Below are positions 46,053 to 56,426 of a DNA stretch of 64,000 bases, piece after piece. A program made the translations under genes and the position numbers. Where the stretch lies: assembly GCA_964591315.1 (NCBI GenBank), contig CAZQAT010000001.1, positions 81,673 to 145,672 on the forward strand, in the 5' to 3' direction. Below the pieces are notes generated by a model. The model did not search any database. It saw only the letters and a list, made by a program, of their open reading frames with translations, and was not told the DNA's origin. Positions within the stretch are counted from its first letter, which is position 1. Every line of letters starts with the position of its first letter. The DNA is from an uncultured Planctomycetaceae bacterium. GTDB taxonomy: Bacteria > Planctomycetota > UBA1135 > GCA-002686595.

Positions 46053-46255
46053 GGCAGGCCCGTGGAAGCCGTCGGCTCCGCGGCCCTCGTCATCCCTGCC
46101 CCTGCGGACCCTTGCGGCCCATTTCGTCGAGCGGCGTGCTCCCGGGCCTGAGTGACGGGATCGGCCGGGCAGATCCGGGCTCGCTTGGTATCCTCTCGGG
46201 CTTCCCAGGGTAGCCCCCGCACCCTCAGGACCCCCTTCGCCACAGGACTCCCCAC

Positions 46256-49200
46256 ATGTCGCGTCCCCACCGCAGCCGGCTCCTCGCCGGCGCCCTGGCC
46301 CTCGCCTGCCTGCTCCTGGGCTCGGCCACGGCCTCGGCCCAGCTCAAGCTGCCGAAGAACCGCAAGAAGGACCAGGGCACCGAGGCCGGGACGGGGGGCG
46401 CACAGGGCGAGGCCGACAAGAAGGGCGGCCCCAAGCCCGGCAAGGACGTCAACCGCCCGCCCCAGAAGCCGGAGCCGGGCCACAACGGGCTCGTTCCGCA
46501 CCTCGTGTGCGTGGTCTGCGGGGAGCACAACTACATCTCGAACTTCAACCGGCCCCAGCCGGACGGGACCTTCCTGGCCCACTGCTCCTTCTGTCGGCGG
46601 GATCAGAAGCACGCCCGCTCCCAGGAGGTCGAGGAGAGCGAGAAGCTGAGCCTGCCGGGCAAGGGCCGCAGGTCGCGGAGCTCGAGCTCGGTGCCGACCG
46701 CCGGGCTCGGCGGCCTCCAGCGCTACGGCGACACGGCCGCCGGCTTCATCCTGCGCCAGGTGGCGGAGGCGGATGACGCCTCGGCCTCGATCGTCGGCAA
46801 GGCGGTCGAGTCCCTGCTCGGGCTCGGCGAGGACGGCCTGGTGGTGGCGCGCATCGTGCTGCACGACGAGGTGCCGACCGTGGTCGTGACCGCCGGCCGT
46901 GTCCTGATCCGCGCCGGCTACGCGGAGGACTCCGAGCGTGTGGTGGCGCGCCTGCGCGGCACCACCCCGGGCCGCAGCGGCGTGCTGCTCCTCAACGAGC
47001 TGGTCGAGCGCAACCCGGTCGCCGCCTCGCCGCGCTTCCTGATCGAGCTCCTGTCCCACGAGAACAAGCCCCTGCGCACGGCCGCCCTGCGGCACCTGAA
47101 GGGCAAGGTCGGGAGCGCCGAGCTGCCCCTGATCAAGCAGGCCCTGGACTCGCCGCGTTCGGACAGTCGCGCCTACGCCCTCGAGCTGCTCGAGGGCATC
47201 GACGACCCCGAGGTGCTGGACGTCCTGCTCGAGCACCTGGACGATCGCTCCACGAGGGTGGCCGAGCAGGTGATCGAGATCCTGGCCGGCTACACGAATG
47301 AGCGCACGGACCTGGAGCTGCTCGCGCGCGGCCTGTCGAGCAAGTGGATCCTGCGCGAGAACGCCTACGCCCTGCTCGCCATCCTCGAGCGGGAAGACGC
47401 GACCCTGCGGCCGATCCTCGACGACCGCCACGCCGACGCCCTCCTGGCCGGCCTGCGCTCGAGCGACCTCTTCGTGCAGGGCACCTGCGCCGCGGCCCTG
47501 GCGGGCATCGGCTACCGCAGCGCGCGGCCCTTCGACACTCCCTGGCTCGACCGCGAGGTCACCGGGACCATGGTCGGGGCGATCTCCGGCCGCCGCTTCC
47601 ACAGCGACTTCGCCACCATGCAGCCCCGGGTGCTGCGCCGCCTGCGGCTGCTGTCCGGCGCGGACTTCGGCACGGACGGCCCGCGCTGGGCCGAGTGGTG
47701 GGTCGGTCAGCGCTCGAGCTTCTACGCCCACCGGGCCTACCTCAAGGTGCCCGAGGGCGGCGAGTCCAAGCTCGAGGTGCACTACCGCGGCAGCGGCCGG
47801 GCCGCGGCGGCCTTCTCCCTGATGGGCGCCCAGGCGGCGGGCTTCGAGGCCCACAAGCGCGCCGGCGCGGGGGAGAGGCTCTTCCTGACCCTGCGCGAGT
47901 GCCAGGACCTGATCGCCCTGATGGAGCGCGAGGGCGTGCTCGGTCCCGAGCAGCCCCCGGGCATCCGCGGCTCGCGCGGCGTGGGCCAGCGGGAGGTCGA
48001 GGTCGTGCTCGACGGCCGCGGCAAGACCTTCCTGTTCGGGCCCGGCCGTCAGGAGGCCTGGTTCGAGAAGCTCAACGCGGCCCTGTTCGACCTGCGCGAG
48101 CGCAACCGCTGGCAGCGCTTCCCGAACACGCTGCGCTACGACACGGCCCTGGCCTTCTGGGAGGAGGAGTCGGGCTGGTGGGCCGGCGAGCACTCGCAGC
48201 TCGAGCGCGGCCTGCGCATGAAGGAGCTGATCTTCGCCTCGGTCCAGCAGCTGCCGCCCTCCCGGCGCAACATCGCCCTGCGCGAGCTGGAGAGCGCCTA
48301 CGACGTGCCCGGCGTCACGCAGGAGGCGGACTTCGTCTTCCTGATGGACCTGCTGCGCGACGAGGGCTTCTACGCCGAGCGGGCCGAGCTGCTGGTGGCC
48401 CTGGCCCTGCGGGCCGGCGGCGTGGAGCTCGACAGACCCGATCGCATCCGTCCGGAGCTCGGAAGCCAGTTGGTCGACCTGCTCCTGGCGCGCTTCGCCC
48501 GCACGGCCCTGCCGGCCATGGGGCGCGTGGCCCGCGCCTGCGGCGAGAGCCACCTGCGCGACCTGGCCCGCGACGAGCGCCCGATCCTGCGCGCCGTTGC
48601 CGCCGCCGAGCTGTCGCGGGATCCCGGTCAGGAGGACGTGGCCCTGCTGCTCCAGATGCTCGAGGACGAGGAGGTCGTCGTCGAGGCCGCCGCGGTCGCC
48701 TCCCTCGGCACCGCGCGGGTCGAGGAGGCGCGCACGGAGCTCTTGCTGCGCGCGCGCCTGGCGGATCCGCTCGTGCGCGCCGCCGCCCTGCGGGCGGTGG
48801 GGGAGCTGGGGGGTGAGTACGTGCTCGAGGCCCTGGTGCTCGGGGTCAGCGACCCGAGCGCCGAGGTCAAGCGTGGCGCGGCTGAGGGGCTGGCGGCCCT
48901 GGGGGATCCCCAGTCCGCACCGCTCCTGATCTCCCTCCTGCGCCAGGGGCGCGACTCGGAGACCTACGCGACCGCGCGCCAGGGCCTGATCGACCTGGGC
49001 GAGGCGGCCAGGACCGACCTGCTGCGGGTGGTGGGCTCCCCGGCCCACGCGGCGCGCCGCGAGTGCGCGCTGCTCCTGGCCCAGATGAGCGCACCGGAGG
49101 TGGCGCCGGCCCTGATCCAGATGGTGACCCTCGACCCGAGCGACGCCGAGGTGTCCTTCGAGCTGGCGGTGCTGACCTGCTTCGACGCCCGCGGCGAGGA

Positions 49201-49522
49201 GGACCCGGGGGGCCGCTGGAGCGAGTGGTTCGACGGCGTGACCCACACCGACTCCCTGGCCTGGCTCCTGGCCGCCATGGAGCGCCGCGGCATCCCCGCC
49301 AGCATGACCGCCTCCTTCGACGGGGGCCCGGGCACCCGCGAGGGGGCCCTCTTCCTGCTCGAAGTGCTCGGCGGCGAGGAGGACTTCCTGGTGGAGCGCG
49401 CGCGCCGCGAGCTCTCGCGCCTGTTCGGCGCGGACATCGGCGAGATCCCCACCGCCAGCGGCGAGCGCATCCCCTGGATGGCCGCCCTGCGGGAGACGAT
49501 CCTCGAGCGCTTCGAGGCCTGA
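46256..49522 (+). CDS. Secreted HEAT-repeat protein with an N-terminal CxxC...CxxC zinc-ribbon-like motif
   Basis: Signal peptide: MSRPHRSRLLAGALALACLLLGSATASAQ. Zinc-ribbon-like motif: CVVCGEHNY...HCSFCRRDQKH. Multiple HEAT/PBS-lyase-type repeats follow (DPLVRAAALRAVGELG, SAEVKRGAAEGLAALGDPQSAPLL). Confidence 0.75.
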   Translation: MSRPHRSRLLAGALALACLLLGSATASAQLKLPKNRKKDQGTEAGTGGAQGEADKKGGPKPGKDVNRPPQKPEPGHNGLVPHLVCVVCGEHNYISNFNRPQPDGTFLAHCSFCRRDQKHARSQEVEESEKLSLPGKGRRSRSSSSVPTAGLGGLQRYGDTAAGFILRQVAEADDASASIVGKAVESLLGLGEDGLVVARIVLHDEVPTVVVTAGRVLIRAGYAEDSERVVARLRGTTPGRSGVLLLNELVERNPVAASPRFLIELLSHENKPLRTAALRHLKGKVGSAELPLIKQALDSPRSDSRAYALELLEGIDDPEVLDVLLEHLDDRSTRVAEQVIEILAGYTNERTDLELLARGLSSKWILRENAYALLAILEREDATLRPILDDRHADALLAGLRSSDLFVQGTCAAALAGIGYRSARPFDTPWLDREVTGTMVGAISGRRFHSDFATMQPRVLRRLRLLSGADFGTDGPRWAEWWVGQRSSFYAHRAYLKVPEGGESKLEVHYRGSGRAAAAFSLMGAQAAGFEAHKRAGAGERLFLTLRECQDLIALMEREGVLGPEQPPGIRGSRGVGQREVEVVLDGRGKTFLFGPGRQEAWFEKLNAALFDLRERNRWQRFPNTLRYDTALAFWEEESGWWAGEHSQLERGLRMKELIFASVQQLPPSRRNIALRELESAYDVPGVTQEADFVFLMDLLRDEGFYAERAELLVALALRAGGVELDRPDRIRPELGSQLVDLLLARFARTALPAMGRVARACGESHLRDLARDERPILRAVAAAELSRDPGQEDVALLLQMLEDEEVVVEAAAVASLGTARVEEARTELLLRARLADPLVRAAALRAVGELGGEYVLEALVLGVSDPSAEVKRGAAEGLAALGDPQSAPLLISLLRQGRDSETYATARQGLIDLGEAARTDLLRVVGSPAHAARRECALLLAQMSAPEVAPALIQMVTLDPSDAEVSFELAVLTCFDARGEEDPGGRWSEWFDGVTHTDSLAWLLAAMERRGIPASMTASFDGGPGTREGALFLLEVLGGEEDFLVERARRELSRLFGADIGEIPTASGERIPWMAALRETILERFEA

Positions 49523-49592
49523 CTCGGCTGCTGAGACGTAGAATCCTCGACCCGCGGCGAGGGCTCCCGACCTCGCCTGCGCTCTCGGAGGC

Positions 49593-50264
49593 ATGACGCC
49601 CGCACACGAACCCCTGGCCGCCGAGCGGCGCCGCAGGCGCTGGCCCTGGGGGGGCCTCTTGCTGCTGCTGGTGGTGGGCTCCGGCCTGGCGGGCTACCTC
49701 TGGCCCCGGGAGGCTCGCGCCCTGCTGCGCCGCATGGCGGACCCGATCGTGTTCGCCCGGGTGGAGGCCTTCGCCGAGGAGATCGACGCCGCGGCCCGGG
49801 AGTCGGGGCTCGACCCGAACCTGGTGGCGGCCATCGTCTACGCCGAGTCGAGCGGCCGGCCGGCCGCGGTCTCGAAGGCGGACGCCCTGGGTTTGATGCA
49901 GCTCAAGGAGGACGCCGCCAACGACGCCGCGCGCCGCCTGGGCCTCGAGGCTCCGTCGCGCGAGGCCCTGCTCGAGGACCCGGCCCTCAACCTGCGCCTG
50001 GGGGCGTCCCAGTACGCCTGGACCCTGCGCAACGAGGAGGCCGACCCCCTGCGCGCCCTCGTCGCCTACAACGCGGGCCGCACCAAGCTGCGGCGCTGGA
50101 TCCGCAAGGCGGGCAGCTACGAGGCCTGGTACGCCGAGCAGCGCCTCGACGGCGACTCGGGGGTCCTGGCCTACGCGGACAAGGTGCTCGAGTACACGGA
50201 GCTCTTCCGCGAGCGGGGCCGAATCGGCGGTCCGGCGCCCATTCCGGTCGAGCTCGTGGAGTAG
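49593..50264 (+). CDS. Membrane-anchored lytic transglycosylase (SLT domain)
   Basis: An N-terminal TM segment followed by the SLT motifs AIVYAESSG, ALGLMQL and AYNAGRTK. Confidence 0.85.
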   Translation: MTPAHEPLAAERRRRRWPWGGLLLLLVVGSGLAGYLWPREARALLRRMADPIVFARVEAFAEEIDAAARESGLDPNLVAAIVYAESSGRPAAVSKADALGLMQLKEDAANDAARRLGLEAPSREALLEDPALNLRLGASQYAWTLRNEEADPLRALVAYNAGRTKLRRWIRKAGSYEAWYAEQRLDGDSGVLAYADKVLEYTELFRERGRIGGPAPIPVELVE

Positions 50265-50363
50265 GCCGACGGCCCCGGGTCGAATATCCGGCGGCCCGGC
50301 CCTACGGACCGGGGATCCGAGGCGGTAGCTTCCGGGGGTCGGATCTCCCCCTCAGGGACTGCA

Positions 50364-52217
50364 ATGAGCGCCGCCATGAACCGGACCCCGATCCTCCACG
50401 CCCTGGGGCGCCTCGCCCTCTGTCTCTGCCTCTTCCTGGCCCCGACCGCCGCGGTCGTGGTCGCCGCGCCCCAGGACGAGGGCGCGCCGACTCAGGAACA
50501 GCCCGCGGTCGTCCACGCCAGCCCAGAGGCGGTGGTGCAGGCCTTCCTGTCGGGGATGAAGCGCTACCACGCGCTCAAGTCCTACGACGACGCGGACCTG
50601 CGCCTCGCCCTGTCGGCCTTCGACAACCGAGACGGGGCCAGGTCGAAGGAGGAGCTGACGCGGCTGGCGATCGAGTTCTACGACACACTGAACCGCATGA
50701 CGCGGGTGGACGTGGAGAGCGTCCTCACGCCCAGGTCGGGCTCGAAGGCCCACATCTGGCGCGTCGCCGCGGACGACATGTCGGGCAGCGCCGAGGTGGT
50801 CTTCGTCCGCATCCAGGAGCCGGTGGACGGCAAGCCGGCCAACTGGCGCTTCGCACCTGTCGTCCTGGAACGTATCCCGGAGTGGTACGAGGCCCACAAG
50901 GACAAGGAGGAGGTCGAGGAGTTTCGCGAGGAGGTGGAGGCGGCCAAGGCCAAGCTGTCCCTCTTGAACCGACTCGGCCACTGGGTCGAGGGTGCCGCGC
51001 CTCCGTCCCTGCGCGAGCGGGGCTTCCTGCTCGAGAACTGGCAGTGGCTCGGCCTGCTGGCCCTGGCCCTGATCGGCACGGTCCTGGGGCGCATCGCCAA
51101 CTACCTCGGCCGCTGGCTCTCCGCGCGCCTCGAGCGCAGCGAGCGCCTCCAGGTCGACAAGGCGGTGCTACAGGGATTCGAGCGGCCCTTCGGCCTGTGG
51201 GTCATGGCCTGGATCGTCTTCCTGATGCTCCCGGCCCTGCACCTGGACCCGCGCTTCTTCAACGTGTTGCGCCTGGCGGTGGCCTTCTTCCTGTCGGTCA
51301 CGGGCGTCTGGTCGGCCTACCGCCTGGTGGACGTGGGGGCCTCGGTGCTGCAGTCGAAGGCGCGCCGCACCCACAACAAGTTCGACGACATGATCGTGCC
51401 GCTCCTGCGGCGCATGGCGAAGATCTTCCTGACCTTCGTTGGCATCGTGTACGTGGCCTCCTTCCTGTCCGACGACCTGTACGGGATCGTGGCCGGACTC
51501 TCGATCGGCTCTCTGGCCATCGGCTTCGCCGCCAAGGACTCGATCGAGAACCTCTTCGGCACCCTGACGGTCCTGCTCGACAAGCCCTACGAGCTCGGGG
51601 ACTGGATCACGGTGGGGGACATCGACGGCACCGTGGAGGAGGTGGGCTTCCGCTCCACGAAGGTGCGCACCTTCTACAACTCGATCATCAGTGTCCCCAA
51701 CAGCCGCTTCATCTCGGCCCACATCGACAACTGGGGGGCGCGGCGCTACCGGCGCATCAAGACCAACGTGGGCCTCGCCTACGACACGAGTCCCCTGGAC
51801 ATCGAGGCCTTCTGCGAGGGGGTGCGCGAGCTGGTCCGCAGGCACCCCTACACCCGCAAGGACTACTACCACGTCTACCTGAACAACCTCGGGGCCTCGT
51901 CCCTGGACGTCCTGGTCTACTGCTTCGTGGAGACCCCGGACTGGTCGACGGAGCTGCGTGAGAAGCACCGCCTGTACCTGGACATCCTGCGCGTGGCCGA
52001 GGGGCTCGGCGTGGAGATCGCCTTCCCGACCCAGACCCTCCACGTGCACTCCACGGACGGTGCCGCCGGCGGGGGGGACGACGGCCCGCCCGTGCCCCAT
52101 CCGCCCGAGGACTCCCGCGGAGCCCAGCGCCTGGGCCGTGAGCTGGGCAACCTGATCGTCAAGGAGGGCCTGACGGAGTACGACGGCCAGAAGCCGCCGC
52201 CGGTGGTGATCGACTGA
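50364..52217 (+). CDS. MscS-family mechanosensitive channel with an N-terminal periplasmic domain
   Basis: A signal peptide and TM helices, then the MscS core SIGSLAIGFAAKDSIENLFGTLTVLLDKPYELGDWITVGDIDGTVEEVGFRSTKVRT. Confidence 0.85.
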   Translation: MSAAMNRTPILHALGRLALCLCLFLAPTAAVVVAAPQDEGAPTQEQPAVVHASPEAVVQAFLSGMKRYHALKSYDDADLRLALSAFDNRDGARSKEELTRLAIEFYDTLNRMTRVDVESVLTPRSGSKAHIWRVAADDMSGSAEVVFVRIQEPVDGKPANWRFAPVVLERIPEWYEAHKDKEEVEEFREEVEAAKAKLSLLNRLGHWVEGAAPPSLRERGFLLENWQWLGLLALALIGTVLGRIANYLGRWLSARLERSERLQVDKAVLQGFERPFGLWVMAWIVFLMLPALHLDPRFFNVLRLAVAFFLSVTGVWSAYRLVDVGASVLQSKARRTHNKFDDMIVPLLRRMAKIFLTFVGIVYVASFLSDDLYGIVAGLSIGSLAIGFAAKDSIENLFGTLTVLLDKPYELGDWITVGDIDGTVEEVGFRSTKVRTFYNSIISVPNSRFISAHIDNWGARRYRRIKTNVGLAYDTSPLDIEAFCEGVRELVRRHPYTRKDYYHVYLNNLGASSLDVLVYCFVETPDWSTELREKHRLYLDILRVAEGLGVEIAFPTQTLHVHSTDGAAGGGDDGPPVPHPPEDSRGAQRLGRELGNLIVKEGLTEYDGQKPPPVVID

Positions 52218-52381
52218 GGTCCGCGCCCGTTCGAGGGTCGTAAGCGGGCGGGGCCGAGTGCGCGGGGCCGCCTGCGCCCTGCCGATGGGCTCTCTCGCAC
52301 GCTATCCTGTCGGGCTCGATCCCCGGGACGGGAGCCGAGCGCTCGGGCCAACAGAGGCCGGCGTGCTCCGTAGCCCCGCCC

Positions 52382-53404
52382 ATGCCCACCCCCCTCACTG
52401 CCGCCATGACGAGCCAAGCCGTCCCGCCCCCCGAAGCCGCCGAGGTCGAGCGCGAGAGCGCCTGGATGCGCGAGCTCGAGGACTCCCTGAGCGAGGTCAT
52501 CGTCGGCCAGCGGGGCCTGGTCCGGGGCCTCTTGATCGGCCTCGTCAGCGGCGGGCACGTGCTGCTGGAGGGGGTGCCGGGCCTGGCCAAGTCCCTGGCG
52601 GTCTCGGGCATCGCCCAGGCGGTGCACGGGGAGTTCGCGCGCCTGCAGTTCACGCCGGACCTGTTGCCCTCGGACCTGATCGGCACGGAGGTCTACAACG
52701 CGAAGGAGCACAGCTTCTCCGTCCGCAAGGGTCCGATCTTCGCCAACTTCGTCCTGGCGGACGAGATCAACCGCGCCCCGGCCAAGGTCCAGTCGGCCCT
52801 GCTCGAGGCCATGCAGGAGCGCCACGTCTCCATCGGCGGCGAGACCTTCGCCCTGCCGGAGCCGTTCCTGGTGCTCGCCACCCAGAACCCCCTCGAGCAG
52901 GAGGGCACCTATCCCCTGCCCGAGGCCCAGCTCGACCGCTTCGCCCTCAAGGTGGTCGTGGAGTATCCCGACCGCGGCGAGGAGCTCGAGATCCTCAACC
53001 GCATGGCCAACACCGCGCCGGTGCCCGAGGTGCGGCGCGTGGTGGAGCTCGACTCGATCCTCTCGGCCCGGCGCTTCGTGGACCAGGTCACCATCGACGA
53101 GCGCTTGCGGCAGTACATCGTCTCCCTGGTGTTCGCGACCCGCGAGCCCCAGAAGGTCGGCCTCGAGGAGCTGGTGCCCCACATCCAGTACGGCGGCTCG
53201 CCCCGTGCGACGATCTGGCTGGCCCTCTGCGCGCGGGCCAACGCCTTCGTCTCCGGCCGCGGCTTCGTGACGCCCGGAGACATCAAGGCCGTGGCCCCCG
53301 AGGTCCTGCGCCACCGCGTCGTGCCCACCTACGAGGCGGAGGCCGAGGGCCTCGACTCCGACGCCCTGGTGGCGCGCGTGCTCGAGACGGTCCCCGTCCC
53401 GTAG
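52382..53404 (+). CDS. moxR: MoxR-family AAA+ ATPase
   Basis: Walker A: LLEGVPGLAKS. Walker B plus sensor: VLADEINRAPAKVQSALLEAMQERHVSIGGETF. Also LVLATQNPLEQEGTYPLPEAQLDRF. Confidence 0.9.
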   Translation: MPTPLTAAMTSQAVPPPEAAEVERESAWMRELEDSLSEVIVGQRGLVRGLLIGLVSGGHVLLEGVPGLAKSLAVSGIAQAVHGEFARLQFTPDLLPSDLIGTEVYNAKEHSFSVRKGPIFANFVLADEINRAPAKVQSALLEAMQERHVSIGGETFALPEPFLVLATQNPLEQEGTYPLPEAQLDRFALKVVVEYPDRGEELEILNRMANTAPVPEVRRVVELDSILSARRFVDQVTIDERLRQYIVSLVFATREPQKVGLEELVPHIQYGGSPRATIWLALCARANAFVSGRGFVTPGDIKAVAPEVLRHRVVPTYEAEAEGLDSDALVARVLETVPVP

Positions 53405-53410
53405 CGGCCG

Positions 53411-54403
53411 GTGGGGAAGGAGGCGGTGAAGCGGCGCGGCAAGCGGGAGGGCGCCGACCCGGCCCCCGGCGACGCCCTGCTCGTGCCGGAGCTGATGGCG
53501 CGCGTGCAGCAGCTCCACCTGCGCACCCACAAGCGCGTCAACACGGCCCTGGCCGGGGCCTACCGCTCCACCTTCCACGGTACTGGCCTCGAGTTTCAGG
53601 AGGTGCGCCTGTACCAGCCCGGGGACGACGTGCGCGCCATCGACTGGAACGTCACGGCGCGCACGGGTGAGCCCTTCATCAAGAAGTACGCCGAGGAGCG
53701 CGAGCTGACCGTGCACCTGCTGGTGGACCAGAGCGCGACCATGGACTTCGGCAGCGCCCGCTGGACCAAGCGCGAGGCCGCGGCCCAGTTCGCGGCCCTG
53801 GTGTCCTTCGTCGCCATGCGCAACCAGGACCGGGTGGGGCTCGGCCTCTTCGGCGAGGAGCCCGGCCTGCACCTGGACGCCCGCAAGGGCAACCGCCACG
53901 TGCTGCGCGTGATCCGCGAGGTGATCGCCGCGCGTCCGAGCGAGGGGCGCAAGGACCTGGCTGCGATCCTGGAGCACAGCGTGCGCGGCCTGCACCGGCG
54001 CGGGATGGTGTTCCTGATCAGCGACTTCATCGGCGCCCCGGCCGAGGCCGGCGACCAGGAAGGGGAGCACGGCTTCTGGGGCGACCACCTGCGCCACCTG
54101 GGCCGGCTCCACGACCTGATCTGCGTGCGCGTGGTGGATCCCCTCGAGGAGCGCCTGCCCAGGGCGGGGCTGATCGAGACCCTGGAGGCGGGCAGTGGCC
54201 GGCGACTGGAGCTCGACTCCCGCTCGCAGGCCGTGCGCGCGGCCTGGGCCGCGGCCGCCGACCGGCGGCGGGCGGACCACGAGCAGGTGCTGAACGCGGC
54301 CCGGGTGGAGGGCATCGAGCTGCGCACGGACGGCGACCTGGCGGACCCGCTGCAGCGCTTCTTCCGGCGTCGCACCCTCAAGCACGGGGGGCACGTGGCG
54401 TGA
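53411..54403 (+). CDS. DUF58-family protein (MoxR partner, VWA-like)
   Basis: EFQEVRLYQPGDDVRAIDWNVTARTGEPFIKKYAEERE is the typical DUF58 signature. It is positioned after moxR. Confidence 0.85.
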   Translation: MGKEAVKRRGKREGADPAPGDALLVPELMARVQQLHLRTHKRVNTALAGAYRSTFHGTGLEFQEVRLYQPGDDVRAIDWNVTARTGEPFIKKYAEERELTVHLLVDQSATMDFGSARWTKREAAAQFAALVSFVAMRNQDRVGLGLFGEEPGLHLDARKGNRHVLRVIREVIAARPSEGRKDLAAILEHSVRGLHRRGMVFLISDFIGAPAEAGDQEGEHGFWGDHLRHLGRLHDLICVRVVDPLEERLPRAGLIETLEAGSGRRLELDSRSQAVRAAWAAAADRRRADHEQVLNAARVEGIELRTDGDLADPLQRFFRRRTLKHGGHVA

Positions 54404-55338
54404 GGCTTGCTCCGGCCGTCACCGCTCTCCTGCTCGCCCTGCCGGCTCCTGGAGCCTTCGGCCAGGAGGCGACCCTGCGCGCCTGGTGCGAGCCGGCCGA
54501 GGTCGTCATCGGCGAGCCCTTCGACCTGTACGTGGACGTGGTGCACCCGAGCGAGCAGCGCGTCTTCCTCGACCGTCCGGCGGAGGGAGAGGAGGAGTCC
54601 CTCGGCGACGCCTGGATCACCCTCGCGGAGCGGCGCGTGCTGCAGCTGCCCCTCGCGGACGAGCCGGGCCGCAGCCTGACCCAGGCGCGCTGGCGGTTCC
54701 TGGCCCTCGAGCCGGGGGAGCACGAGCTCCCGACCGTGGGCGCCGACCTGATCCTGGGCGGCGCGGTGGAGCGCCTCGAGGCCGGCACCTTCCGGCTCCG
54801 GGTGCTGCCCGAGCTGGCGGAGGGCGAGGACGAGCCGCGCCCCCTGACCGGCTTCCGGGAGCCCCCCGAGCCGGTGGCCTCGCCCCCGCGGCGCTGGGGG
54901 CTCTTCACCGCTGCGCTGCTGTTCCTGCTCGGCGCGCGCACGCTCTTGCGCCTGGCCCGCCGCATCGCCGGCGCCGATCGGCGAGAGACCGCCGGGTCCG
55001 GCCCCACGCCCCGCGAGCGCCTGGCGGTGCTCGAGGCGCGGGACGGCGAGGAGCGCGAGACCTTCTACACCCTCTCGCGCGTGGTGCGCGAGGCCCTCGA
55101 CGCCGAGGCCACCGAGCCCGAGGCCCTGGACGGCCTGACCGACGAGGAGTGGGTCGCACGGCGTCGCGGGCGCAACGGCCTCGCCCCCGAGCGCATCGAG
55201 CGGGCTGCCCAGCTGCTCGCCACCTGCGAGGGGGTCAAGTACGGGGCCCGGCGGCCGACGCGCTTCGCCGTGGAGGAGGCCCTGCGCGAGGCCCGCGAGC
55301 TGTGCCGGGCGGAGCCGGAGGGGGAGGGGCGCGCATGA
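54400..55338 (+). CDS. Bat-operon-associated membrane protein (BatD-N-like beta domain, one TM, DUF4381-like tail)
   Basis: The GTG overlaps the DUF58 stop. It has a signal peptide, a central TM segment (WGLFTAALLFLLGARTLL), and occupies the usual position between DUF58 and batA. Confidence 0.55.
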   Translation: MRLAPAVTALLLALPAPGAFGQEATLRAWCEPAEVVIGEPFDLYVDVVHPSEQRVFLDRPAEGEEESLGDAWITLAERRVLQLPLADEPGRSLTQARWRFLALEPGEHELPTVGADLILGGAVERLEAGTFRLRVLPELAEGEDEPRPLTGFREPPEPVASPPRRWGLFTAALLFLLGARTLLRLARRIAGADRRETAGSGPTPRERLAVLEARDGEERETFYTLSRVVREALDAEATEPEALDGLTDEEWVARRRGRNGLAPERIERAAQLLATCEGVKYGARRPTRFAVEEALREARELCRAEPEGEGRA

Positions 55339-56426
55339 TCCAGCTCGCACTCCTCGCCGCTCCGCAAGGACCTGGCCTGCCGTCGATGGCGGTCGAGGGC
55401 ACCAAGAGCGCCGCCGAGGGCCGGCTGCACCTGTGGGGCGACCTGTTCCTGGCGGACCCGCTCTTCCTCGTGCTCTTGCCGGTGGTCGTGCTGGGGCTCC
55501 TGTACGGACGGGCGCGCAAGGCCCGGGCCCGGGCGCGCTTCTCGGTCCTGCCCGAGGTCCGTCTGCCCCGCTCCTGGGCGCAGCGCCTCGCCTGGCTGCC
55601 GCCCCTCTTGCAGCTGGCCGCCCTCTCGCTGGTGGTCGTCGCCCTGGCGCGCCCCCTGCGCGGGGACGTGGAGACCAACTCCATCTCCGAGGGCGTCGAC
55701 CTGGCGCTCCTGATCGACCGCTCGAGCTCGATGGGCCACACGGACCTGGAGCGTGGGCGCACGCGACTCGAGGTGGTCAAGGACGTGGTGGCCGACTTCG
55801 CCACCCGCCGCATGACCGACCGCGAGGGGGCCAGCGACTACGTGGGGCTCTTCAGCTTCGCGCGCTACCCCGAGGAGCTGTGCCCCTTCACCCTCGACGT
55901 GGACGCGGTCACGGGCTTCCTCGAGGGCGTCGAGCTGGCCCGCGACCGGGCCGAGGACGGCACCGCCATCGGCATCGCCCTGGCCAAGGCGGTGGCCGTG
56001 CTCAAGGAGAGCGAGGCCAAGTCGCGGGTGGTCGTGCTGCTCACCGACGGGGAGAACAACATCGATCTGATCACTCCTGCTCAGGCCGCGGAGCTGGCGG
56101 CCGAGGAGGGCATCCGGGTCTACACGGTCTTCGCCGGCAGCTTCGTGATGGACGCCTTCGGCCGCATGCGGGAGGTGGTGCCCGAGTACGACACGAAGGA
56201 GCTGCAGGACATCGCCGACCTGACCGAGGGGAGGTTCTTCCGGGCCCGGGACCGCGTCGCGCTCGAGGAGGCCTACGCGGAGATCGAGGCCCTCGAGCGG
56301 ACCGAGCGCCAGGAGAGGCGCTTCGTGGAGCACTACGACCTCTACCCGCGCTTCCTGCTCCTCGCGCTCCTCTCCTACGTGGGCGCCTGGCTGTGCCTCT
56401 CGACCTGGGCCCGGAGGATGCCGTGA
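55335..56426 (+). CDS. batA: VWA-domain membrane protein BatA
   Basis: ATGA overlap with the upstream gene. There are two N-terminal TM segments, the MIDAS motif DLALLIDRSSSM, the VWA core VVVLLTDGENN, and a C-terminal TM segment. Confidence 0.85.
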   Translation: MIQLALLAAPQGPGLPSMAVEGTKSAAEGRLHLWGDLFLADPLFLVLLPVVVLGLLYGRARKARARARFSVLPEVRLPRSWAQRLAWLPPLLQLAALSLVVVALARPLRGDVETNSISEGVDLALLIDRSSSMGHTDLERGRTRLEVVKDVVADFATRRMTDREGASDYVGLFSFARYPEELCPFTLDVDAVTGFLEGVELARDRAEDGTAIGIALAKAVAVLKESEAKSRVVVLLTDGENNIDLITPAQAAELAAEEGIRVYTVFAGSFVMDAFGRMREVVPEYDTKELQDIADLTEGRFFRARDRVALEEAYAEIEALERTERQERRFVEHYDLYPRFLLLALLSYVGAWLCLSTWARRMP

